This document shows, one piece after another, positions 41,140-52,791 of a stretch of DNA of 64,000 bases. A model generated the notes under the pieces. That model was not told the DNA's origin. It did no database searches and saw nothing but the letters and a program-made list of their open reading frames with translations. The number at the start of each line of letters is the position of its first letter. Position 1 is the stretch's first letter. The stretch spans positions 1 to 64,000 of the forward strand of contig LXFE01000152.1 in assembly GCA_001929475.1 (NCBI GenBank). Direction: 5' to 3'. Source of the stretch: Neolecta irregularis DAH-3 (lineage: Eukaryota). The position numbers were made by a program, and so were the translations under genes.

Positions 41140-41729
41140 GTTAGATTTCCAGAAAGAAAACCCACAATCATTATTTCTTAGGTAATAAAACCGGATCATC
41201 ATTAGGTGCTAGTATATATGAAGGCTTCGCCCATATCAAGTTAACAGTTTAATATTTAAAAAGACAAACTTGGTCATATCAATCACTAATTTTATTGGAC
41301 TGAATTATGAGAATACAACTATGCAAAGCAGGATGGCAAATAGCCCTCCATGGTATAGTTTAGAGTACTTTTGAGAATGGCTTCTATCCTTTTTACTAGC
41401 CTAAGTATTCATACTTCTTACAAAGGGACAGTTAAGGATGAGCTTAGCAAGTGAATGGAAGAGACTGGATGATATAACTGTGAAGTGGGCCTGCATGATG
41501 TGTATGCTGGAGTTCAATGACAAGGAGCTGATGGTTTGTCAAAGGGAATATGTCCATTTGATATTTTCAAATAGTGGTAAGGTTGATGGATTTCACACGT
41601 GGGACGATTCCACAGGGGACAGAACAAATGCTATTGCATTTCAATGAAGTTTTCAACAGATCGCGTGTCACGTGATATTGGTCTCAACTTCTGGAGGATT
41701 ACGCATTGTATCTATCAGTCATCAACACC

Positions 41730-42212
41730 ATGAGAATTGTACCCACATCATCAGCCGCTGAGAAAGTTGAAATTACCGAAGGTTCAAATGCTGTGCCTGC
41801 TGTTCATGATACGCTACGGCATGGTACGATGTCATTGGCCTCAAAGGTCAACTCCCGACTTGATTTGGAATCTCGACTTCGGGATTGGAATCAAACACAA
41901 CTGGATCTTCAGATGGATAGTATGAGACAGGTATATGGGCTGCATGAACCTATCAGGCGAGGAATGGAAATAGACTTGACCACCGTACGTTCTTGTGGTG
42001 GAGATGCTCATATCAGGACTTTTGGCCCGCTACTTTAGGTGGCCCTAGTAATCTTCACCAGGATATATTGCTGGGTCGAGATACGAAGCTTGACGTGGAA
42101 GACATCTTTACAGGTGCTTTACTCTTCAAAAGTTCCATCTCATTGGCTAGGTAGCGAGAAGCTGAATTTTCCGATGCAGAGTGAGATAGACCAAAAACTA
42201 CGTATCAGATAA
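41730..42212 (+). CDS. UMP1: Proteasome maturation factor Ump1
   Basis: MRIVP start, VHDTLRHG, LESRLRDWNQTQ, MRQVYGLHEPIRRGME and SNLHQDILLGRDTKLDVEDIF. Confidence 0.9.
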
Positions 42213-42398
42213 ATAATATATGATTCTCCAAATCGTCCAATTAGTCCAATAAAATACTGTACAAGAAAAAAGCAGCCAGACTTACATGCCATTGACAAAA
42301 GATTATATAGGATTGGCCACCCCCCAGACCCCCTGTAGATTTCATCCCCCAAGAACTCGTAAACGCAGCCATGAGAACTCCAAAACAAAGATGCATGG

Positions 42399-43019
42399 TT
42401 AAAGAAGGATACAGTGGCAACGCGAAGGCGTTGCCTCACCTGTACGGGGTTGACCTTTGGATGAGTCTAAATACATTAGCATAGATAAATGTATTTTAGC
42501 TCTATACGTTCTTCTTTCGGGGAATCGATAGGCTTGATAGAAAGATGAATCGTGTTTTCTCTTTCGGTTTGTAGCTTAACGTCTAGTCCGTATCAGTTGA
42601 CGTTTATGGATAGCACCGTTAAACCTCTCAATTGAACTTTGTCTTCCAGCACACTTCCAAAGAAGATTAGTCTCATATAGGATGAGTTCGGCGGTCTTTG
42701 AGTAGTCCAAGCTAAATATCAGCATATATGGCATGTATAAGTCCATACTCCCAGGCCAGTCCGCCCAGAGAGCATCTTTAATTTGAGACACGGATGCATC
42801 CTTCCAGTCCGACAACTTCTCCTTCTCCAGAAAATCCATGCCAAGCGTCATATTGTGACTACTCCCTTGGACAAGGAGGAATCTGATTATGAGAGGAGGA
42901 ATATTGTCATTTTCGGTAGAACCAGTCATTTCAGTAGGGATGGGGTCGAAGGGCGGACTTGTAAAGCGGGCAGGCGAGTGCGTGACTTGTGCAGATCCCA
43001 ATGCGTCACACGACGCCAT
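42399..43019 (-). CDS. Membrane-anchored ubiquitin-fold protein (UBL3/MUB-like) with CaaX box
   Basis: Spliced 4-exon product: IRFLLVQG, SVSQIKDALWADWP, RLIFFGSVLED, TIHLSIKP, ending RCHCILL*. Confidence 0.85.
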
Positions 43020-43162
43020 TGACTTTCCGGGTCTATAGTTGTAAATGACGATAAGAATACCGTGAAACCGACAGAAAGCTTCTGCAACTATACCCTATAT
43101 ATACTCGCTACTAGAGATAAGAGGTTCTATATATGCGGACACACTTTATTTTGCGACATACT

Positions 43163-44829
43163 TTATTTTGCAATCAGACAACCATCTTGCCGAAACTTCC
43201 CGTGGATATCGAGTTTAAGCCATCCATCGGGGGTAGGGGCTCCTAGAGCGACCGGACCCTTGGCGGCAAGTCTGCCCCAGCAATTCATGGAATTATCCGT
43301 TTCCTTCATATCGAAAAGCTTGAGTTCGACACATGCTGTTGGCGGGCCGTAAGATACATCAGAGCATGATCGATAATCATACATCATAGTTTGAGCAAGA
43401 GGACCGAGCATGGGTGGAACTGAAAGACATGAGATAATTCGTGCACCGGTGTTTGCGCGGATGCAATTGAGCTGATCGGGAGAAACAATTTGGTTTACAA
43501 TATAGAGAAGACGGACAGAGGACGAGAGTATTCTGGGGGACGAGCGACATAAATATTTTGGTGGCATTCTTCCTCGCGAAAGGAAGAAGTTCTGAAGAGC
43601 TGACGGCTTTTGACCAAGCAAGGAATTGTTCAAGGACGAAGATCTCTTTGTGAGTAACTCACAAGATAGATCAATCATACATGACCCATATGCTTGGAGA
43701 GATGTTGAAGTTCATTAAAACTTCCTTGGAACTAAAAAGACACAAGGTAGCTCCTTTAAAATTAGAATTGTGTATATTCTGACATAAGAAGATACCAAGT
43801 GCAACTCCGGTGAGATTCATAACCCGTTCATACGAAGAAGAAAGATCTCCTTCGATGTACATCAAACCAGACTTCTCGTATTCTTTACTGCTTCGGAGCG
43901 CAATCAACTGTGCTGAAACCGCCGCAGCAAACGATTGGTGAGCGAATGAATAGACACCCTGGGCGTCGATAGTTTCCATTGCGATATCACTGAACGACTC
44001 TGGACACTCCATCTCGGGGCTGCCGAGATATTCCGACCAAGCCGACAGAACAATGGATCCCATTTTCCCTGTCCAATCCATATGCGCTGAACCAGTATCG
44101 ACTTGAATGACTTCTTGTATACTCTCTGCACCCGCGAAGTTTTCCGATGAGAGCACGCCGGCTGCTATGATCAAGATCTCGATTCGAGACTTTTCGATCA
44201 GAGATGATACGTTCCCATTGATCGAAATAGGAACACAGATAAATCCATATTGAGCACATGCTTCATTGTTAGAGTGAGGACCATGGGAATATATACCCAT
44301 AGAAGCGATGAAGTTCTCAAGATTATTTGGGAGACAAATACCAATCCGCACAGCATGAGGCCTTGCGTTTCGTAGATTTGAACCAAAGATCTTTATAAGC
44401 TCACTCACTTGATCTGAAGTTCAGTAGTAACCTACAAGACAGACTACCATAAGTCAACTAGCGATGTCAACTTCAGAGACTGCCCAAGAATCCACATACG
44501 TGTTCGATTTTCCCTTGCCGCAAACTGACGACATGAGAGCCATTTGATATGGCCTTTTGGCGGCCCAGCTCCCAGATGTCTCTAATGTCACCGTCTCGTG
44601 GAGTCTCATAGGCCTTTTGCAGACGCAAACCGGTTACGAGCGGTTGTCCGGGTGGACTTTGCCTGTTTCGATACAAGGCAGATTCTGTGGGAAGCCTGAC
44701 GCTGCTGGAATATGATTGTTGGGCGAGAAGAAGCGGGTGATATTCTTGTTCGAGTAGTGTTGGAAGAAACAAAACCCCGATAATCAGCAGCAACACGGTT
44801 ATAGTCAAAATATCAATCGTGATATCCAT
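43163..44829 (-). CDS. AMP-binding/acyl-CoA-synthetase-like protein, apparently degenerate, with N-terminal TM anchor
   Basis: TM helix, then HPLLLAQQS..VRLPTESALYR, IGICLPNNLE, AQTMMYDYR, GPPTACVELKL and GRLAAKGP..GW....GKFRQDGCL, resembling long-chain acyl-CoA synthetase segments. Confidence 0.72.
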
Positions 44830-44924
44830 AGCGGGCAGGAGTGTTTGGAGGCGTGGTGGCTTGAGCCACACGGCTGTGTCTTCCAAAATCTTTTTGTACT
44901 ACTCGTGTCCAGATTTCGCAAGAA

Positions 44925-47900
44925 ATGGAACAAAATGTCCAGGATCTAAAGCTTTTACTCAGACAACAGTCCTATGAACCACTTAGGAAAGGTACACCAG
45001 CGTCGAAAGACTTTGTTAATGTCAAGATCTGCAAACCTTTCGTCAAATCGCAAGATCTGCTGAGACTGAAGAACATCATAAAAATCTTCTTGTCCACTTC
45101 GTCGAACAAGAGAGTCCATGGCAAGATCTACTCCATCTGTGGGATTCTATATACCAGCTCAATTACAATAATATCTTTCCAATCTTTCCGTCTTTGCTGC
45201 GAAATATACTATACTTTTTATCGAATAGTCCCGAATTACACAAGAAGGGTAACACTCTCATCCACATGATTCTCGAAGACCACATAAAACTAATATACCG
45301 GAATTTGAATTCTAACAGACCTCAAACAATCTCGCCAACCCTTGATTTATTGCTCTCAATGGTAGCTTTTGCAGAAGGTAAATTTTCTCGAGACATTTTT
45401 GGTGCCCTCGACTGGACGCTAAAATTCTGGGGGAAGCTTCTTGGAATGAAGCAAACTCAGCCTAGCAGAGAAGTAGGAGAACCTGATGCCAAAAGGAAGA
45501 AATTTGATCATCCAGATGTTCGCACTAGGATGATTAAGCTTGTATTCAGTCTTTTAAAGTATGGACATGCTTTAGAAGTGCTGGGAATGAGAGGCTTAAT
45601 GACACCATTAATCAAAGGTGTGAAAGAGGATGAAGCATGGGTAGTCAAACAGGTTTTCGATGGATTGAAGGACATAGTCGCAGATCGAGAGACACCTAGG
45701 TCCTTCAAAATATCATTCTTCAATGAATGGGTCCTTGGACAGGTGAGGCATTTCGTTGAAAATACCACAGTTGATGAATAGCTCTCACAACTGTACCTGC
45801 GACAGGATGAAATTGAAAATTCTTTATCAGTCGCGTCTATCACCCACTCTTTTTTCATCGCTCTTTGTACACATCCCAACATCGGTGTTTGCTTTCAAGA
45901 TTCCGGATGGTACCCTCAGAAATATGTTCCTGGCAAATTCTCCACTAATCTTTACAACAAAATTCTCAGTTCGTTTGTCCTTTCTCTAAAACCCTTTGAG
46001 AATGTTCATCATGCCGAATTGCTTCTTGCAATTTGCAAGAGTTGCCCAGAGCTAATAGCTCATATTACTCGGCACACTACAATTTCACTGGAACTGAAGT
46101 CAGCCACAAAGGCTATTGCCACCTTTGCATTGCTCGAGGAATTTGTAAATATGCCGATCCCATCTCAAGAAGTCACATTCAATACGCCTCCACCAGTTGA
46201 AATCATACTGGAGAATGTTCTTCCAGCAGTAATCAATCGAACTGTTCTTGCGAAAGCATTTGGTCACGAGAACGCTCTCATCCGCCTGTTTTCTGCGAGG
46301 TTATTAATTGCAGCGTTGACGAAACTTCAGCTCCTCGGACTTTGGCTTCATGAAAACTTCCCCGGTTCGGAGGACACTTTCTTGGAACTATCAGATTCAA
46401 TAACGAAACGAGTTCCGGATCTCAACATGATCATTTATGCCTTCTCATCACCTGCAACCGAAATTCCCTCAACATCTGAAGTTCGTCTACATCTTATTTC
46501 TCTATACAATGAAGTCATCCCGGAATTTACTTCGTTGCAAAAGTTTGACCCTACACCTATTATAACAGCAACCATTTGTCAAAGTGCCACAACGAGTGTT
46601 GAACAGACTTATGCTTTTCGTATATTGAAAATCATGGAAAATGTGAAATGGTGGCATAAATCAAGTAATTTGGACCCCTTGACATCCTGCTAAGTCTTAG
46701 CGGCCTCTTCTCCTTTAATCGTTGTGCTTCGAGCTTGGTTTGCTTCCAATGATCGAGATACCCGCGTTCTAGCAGAAAATGTCCTCAATAGTTGGTTCAA
46801 AGAATCGATGGCCTTTCAAACTGAAACCGTTGTCCCCGCAATATCACCCTTATTATCTTCCTTATCAATACTCACTAATGAGGAGCGTGATGTGTGTTTC
46901 AAATTTTTGGAAGATTGTGTTGCTCGATGTTTCCGTTCGCCTTTCAAATATCTTGATAGAGCAGCCGAATTATACGTCGAAGAATACGGCAACACAAAAC
47001 AGCCCAAATATATCAGTCCACTGGTGCTTACTATCGTCGAACAAAGGCCATTTGCAGAAAGCAACTTATCTACCTTGGAACAAAAGAGTTTACGAAGGTG
47101 GATTGGAGTTTTTCTGGAACATCTCATGCTTTCTGGAGAGGATGGACTACTGCTCTCAAAAGCAGTCTTCAACTTGAAGGGGAAATTCTGGAAAACCCTT
47201 CGAAGGATACTGAGTAACTGGTCCAGCAAAAGTGAAGACAATAACCCCACTCATCATATTTGCTGCGTTTGTGAGAAAGGCGGTATTTGCCCGATGTTGG
47301 AAGACCTTGTCAAAGGATTACAAAGTCCGTGTCACCTTGGATTTTACAATGAGGTGCTCAGGTACTAACTCACGAGATTGAAACCTGTTAACCTTTGACA
47401 GAGTTCACCCTCAAATGTTAAAAATTTTAACTCCGGTTGATGTTCTTCGACATATCAATCTCGGGGTACACAAGACTGATGATACCAACTTTATCAAGTT
47501 GGTCAAGGATTACTTTCAAGTTGCTTCAAACTCACTTGATCTTTTTGCGGTCAATATTATCACCCGTCGTATTGTGGCACTTTCCAAGGCGTGCGAAACA
47601 AATACTGACCGGATCGTCGAGATCAATACCTGGATGGATTTTTTTCGTTCGATTTGGTCGAGTTGGCAAGTACAAAGCAACGTGGGAGCCTTACACCTTT
47701 GGTGCATCATATTTGGCGATGACCAAATTATGCTAAAGATGGCATTCCCTCAGACCCTTGGCGACCATATCAACTTCGAGCTCGCACGTCGTAATGACAT
47801 CTCCAAGTGACAACAGCTAGCTAATTTATAGAAATTGCGCTTATGCTAGATGAGGTTGGAAATCCCAACGAGAGATTCGCTGAACTTCTCGATTACTTTG

Positions 47901-50387
47901 ATAATTTTTCCCTTGCAATTGTAGATGGAAAGACTTTCATGGATAAAAGTAGAACAGAAATGGTATGGGTTACCGAGAAGAATTCTATTGACGACAGTAC
48001 AAAACTATCTTTTCAATTTTCGTGGAACATATGGCCGTTTCGAGATGTTTCTTGCTTCTAATGAAAATCATGAACTTGAACTCTGTTGCCACACTCTCTA
48101 CCAGTAATCGAGATGAAAATTGCCTTCAAGCCGAGATCGCGTCGTATTCCATTGCTTCGTTACTACGCAAATGCTCTGATGATAAGTTCACAGAAATCAT
48201 TCTTAACTTCGAGTTCGAGAAGTTTATACTGATTGATTGTTTAGCCACCAATAGACAGCGTGGGGAACCCCATATCGGAAGATGTTTTCTTGAAAGGCAT
48301 TACAATGCAACACTCCCCTTAATTAGATCTCTCAGAGAGCAAAGTCGGTTAAATTTACTGCGTTGTTCTCTGGAGGATCTCACCCTTTCTGGCGCAGATG
48401 TCATTGTCGGTTTCTTTGGTGATGACGAGAATTCTATTCTCCATATCGCACAGTATATCTCCACAGCGGATTTTTCTGGGGCTCAGGTTAATGCTTTCTT
48501 GACTCTTCTCGCTCTCTGTTTAAAAGGACATATACAACCGAGGGGCAATGACATTGAATTGAACAATTCAACATCTGAAGTCGTTCACGCTTGTGTCGTC
48601 GAGGCTATACGAAATCAAATTGATTTTTTGCTCCAAGAATTATCTTCAATCAATTTCCTTCACTTGCCTGTGTTTGAGAAGCTTTTTATCATATATCCAG
48701 ATGGCTTGAAGTCGAAATTAACTAAAATGCTGAAGAAATCTACCTTCAGTAGAAAAGAGACGATTGTGATCAAAATCATGGCGTCTCAAATAGGACCTGA
48801 GGGCGGTTCTCGCTTGTTACATGGTTGGATCACGTCTTCGCTAGACATAATTACTCGAAGATTCGCTCAGGATCCAGTGTTAAGTGAAGACGTTGTTGAT
48901 TTCATTGATGCCTTTGGTGAGATGTCACACTTGCTAACTAACTGTAAAGTGAACATTCTACGCAGCGATTTCAAATTCTCGTTAGATGCCAGGGTTGTAA
49001 ATCCAGTCTTTGAAACTGGGTTGAGGAGCCATATCACATTGAAACAAACTGCGGAACTTCTCCTCGCATTAACTGTCTTCGTGGACCCGAATGAACTCAA
49101 TACGTCTCGTGCATTGCAGATCATCTTCGGTCATCCTCCCGAGAAAATTTTTCAAACACTTGAGCCACCTTCTGCTCTTCGCCGTGATATAGCGCTGTTA
49201 CTGCATCAACTTTATTTCATATCTCCCAAATCGAATGCAACTGTTTCTACGTTAGAAGGCCTTTTACAGCTCTATAATGGATCGATCGACGAAGCTGACA
49301 CGTCGATCTTGGCAATGATTGTTGATATTGAAAGTATCAGAGGAGAGTCCGTAGCCATAAGGTATAACTCGTGGGAGTTTATTGAGAAAACAAGTCATAA
49401 ACCATTTGACGTCAAATCGTCGACTGCGATTTTCGACTCGAAACGCATTCTGAAATCTATCTATAATTTTCCCATTGAGGTTGACCGCTCGCAGTTGAAT
49501 CTGTCAGATATTATGGCTTCTAGGACAGAATTGTTACAAGAAACAGAACTTAAGGCTTCAATTTATGACCCCGTCCTCCTGTTGTCGATGATCGCTATGT
49601 TTCTCAAGCAGCACGAGCCAAACCAGGACTTTCGCAAACTGATCGAAAGTAATGCATTTGGATATATTCTGATATGCCTCTCATCAACTGAAAAGAATAT
49701 CCTTAAAATGGCTTACAATATCTTAGAACATCTTTGGTACACTCTCGAGGTATACCTGATCTCAGAACAGATCGCCCGTTAACACCTTAGACTTCCAAAT
49801 TTCGTGAACAAGGGCAAATCACTTTGATTTTCACACTTTTGAGAAACACATTCAGCGAAGAGGAAGGTCTTCCAACCAGAATTTCCTCTGCATTTGCCAC
49901 TTTTCTTGCGATTGCACCAAGCGTATTACTGAATCCTGGTCATATGATGTACGAAAAGCTTAATAAGTTTCTTTTGCAGCGGCCAGTATTCGATATACAG
50001 GATATCCCAATGCTATATTCTATTATCTATACAGATGAGGATTGGCAGAAGGAGGTCTGTTGGTTCCTTGAAATTTTGGCGTCTGGAGTCAAGTGCTATG
50101 ACGTATGCCTAGCACCATTTTTGTTTGTCGTGGCAAGCTAACCCTCTTTCTAGGACTTTGAGCATTTCTGTAAACGGCATATATTTGAATGGTGCTTCGA
50201 GCTGTACGAGTCACATGTTTCGAGTTCTTCTGTAAAAAACCTGGTGGTCTTGTTATTAGAGCGAGCTGGACTTATTCGTGAGGTGCGAAAGGGCCTAGAA
50301 ACCCGGTATGGCATGGTTTCATGGCTCAAGTTGCACGGCCAGGATGAAAAACTACGGCCTCTATGCGAGGCCTACGAATTAGAATAG
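44925..50387 (+). CDS. URB1: Nucleolar pre-ribosome-associated protein Urb1/Npa1
   Basis: About 5.4 kb helical-repeat gene with DVRTRMIK, KISFFNEWVL, LCTHPNIGVCFQDSGWYP, YDPVLLL and LNPGHMMYEKLNKFLLQRPVFDIQDIPM (NopRA1-like). Confidence 0.88.
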
Positions 50388-50506
50388 ACTACCGTGTACA
50401 AAATTGTATATTAAAAGTCATACTCTTTTCTCATGAGGAAACTAGAACCCCGACCAGTTAGCTGCTCTTACTTCATCTTCCCTACCGTCATTAACCACCC
50501 ACCAAG

Positions 50507-52526
50507 ATGCCTACCTATGACATTCAGGAGCTTCTTAATTTCCGTGACCTTGAAATATGCAGCCATAGACCGGAAAAGCTTCCTCCTCAACTGGAATGGA
50601 TGGGGTACAATATCCAATATCCCATACCCAACGGCTGTTAATACTATAGAAGTGCCGAAACGTTAAGACAAGAACCTGGAGCAAGGAAACATGATGACAA
50701 AAACTTCTGCAAAGATACCTTGAACAAGTTTGGTGCTCTCTGGAAGTTCTGCTGATAGTTGTCTTAGCCATAATAATGAGACTGAGAGCCAGAAGAGGCA
50801 TGTTAAAGAACGCACAGTCCAAACTTCTGCGAGTAAGTCCTCTTAATATCTTATTAGAGAGAGGCCAACTAACTGAAAGGCCACGAAACTATCATTCTAG
50901 GTCCACCTCGTAACCAATTTGCTTCGTCATCTCCGCAGCAAACTCAGCGAAAACATGATAAAACAGAAGGTCAACGGCGGCTCGAAACTCCTCTTACGCG
51001 GAGCTTTGATAATTCAGACGAAGGTCTCAGAGATGATTTCTTGACTCCTAATCGCCGTCGCAAGAACGAAAATATCGATGACAGTGAAGAATGGCACACA
51101 CGTCATCCTCGAAAGTCTCTCGGACAAGATGATAAGCCCAAAAAGAAAGTGGGTCCCACCGGACAGTCTTGGGAAAAGAAGCCAGACAAAACTGCTGATG
51201 TTGGCAACTGGAGAAATAATACACCAGTCAAAGATCGAATGAACGAGCGTACTACTGAGAAGAATAGCAGAAACCGAACGTCAAAAATGGATTCCAAAGA
51301 GAGTTCAAGGAAACCTAAAGACCCTGAATGGATGGAGTCGGACATTCCCGAAGATACCGTTGCTCAAGCGAATTCAGCCGATGCTTATGAGAAATGGAAG
51401 GAGGAGATGAAAAGTAAACATACCAAACAAGAAGATGTCTTCGAACCGGAAGAGTCGCCAGTTGAAACTTCTCAAGACGACTCAATCGATGGTAACATCT
51501 TAAGTCGACTATGTAATTTAATCACTAGACTTCATTGGCGCCGATAAAGCCTCTGCGGAAAGCTCTCTTTTTGCTGTAGAACTCAGAATTAAGAGTTCCA
51601 ATGCCCCTCTGGCTTCTTCGACTCAATCTCGGTCGCTTCCTATAGATTCCCACAAGTCACACAAACCGTCTCGCTTTCTCTCAAAGTATATTGGCGATAC
51701 TACTCCGCCAGTAGACATCGAAACTCAACCTAATCGGCATGAAACACCACAAACAAATCCTTCTGGAATTCAAAATAGCCACGTAGCTGCTCCTAATGAG
51801 AATTTGAACGTACTCATGCAAAACCAAACCCCGGTATCCTGCCAATCTCACTCACCTCAAAATGAAGGTTCTCAACGACTCATGTCAATTCTCACTGGAG
51901 GTCGGCCAGCTGAGCAAGACTATTTTCAAGAAAATATTCGACCACAGATGCGGCCGACAGAGTTGGACGAGTATATTCATCCGCAATCATATTTGAGTCC
52001 TCCACTTCACAACGAAGGCACACCCAGGAACGGTTTTTTTCATTCTCTTTTACAACCAAGAACCCCTTCAGGTTTTGCTACTGATGTATCTCGTGCTCAG
52101 GTTCACAATTACGAATCAGATCGCATCCAACATACAGTTGAACGTTCCCTTGATCGTAGTCCGTTCCCTTCCCCAGGTTTTATGCCACCGCCTGGGTTGA
52201 GAGGCCCGGAGCCTTTTAATCGAACCCATTACAGCGACATAGGACCGGGCATGCACCCACCTGTCCGTTCAATTCATCCATCCTCACCGATGTCTCCTCC
52301 CCCTGGTCCTCTTATACAGTTTGGCAACTACCAGCAACCCTTGCCTCCCCAGTACCCGCCACATCAGTATATGATGCCTCCTCCACCCCAGTTCCGCGGA
52401 AATCACCCACATTACATGAACGGTCCCCCTATCCACCCCCAAATCGGGAACCAAGTTTACAGACCTGGTCCTATCCCTCCCCCAGGACTTGAACAATATC
52501 CCCTTGGGATGCAAAATCGTCGTTGA
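50507..52526 (+). CDS. Putative eIF4E-binding protein (Eap1/4E-T-like), largely disordered
   Basis: First exon MPTYDIQELLNFRD..PEKLPPQLEWMG contains YxxxxLL; internal DPEWM..DAYEKWKEEMK; Pro-rich C-terminus with PPPG repeats. Confidence 0.7.
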
Positions 52527-52791
52527 AGTCACACGAAAACGCCTAATGTCTAATCTTTTCTCAGTCTGCGAGAAACCTGGTGTTCTCGTTGATTCTGGCT
52601 TTGACTTTTCTGTTTTACTAGCAATATGGGGTTATCGGGTGGCATTTTTGCTCTTTTTCTACCTTTTCGAGTATCTTGTACATCTGGAATCTGGCTACTT
52701 GTTTTCCTCTTTCTTTTGTGTTCTGAATACATTATACCCTCCTTTGCTACTTAATACTGTGTTCCGGAATCCATAATTTGAGCAACCCGCA

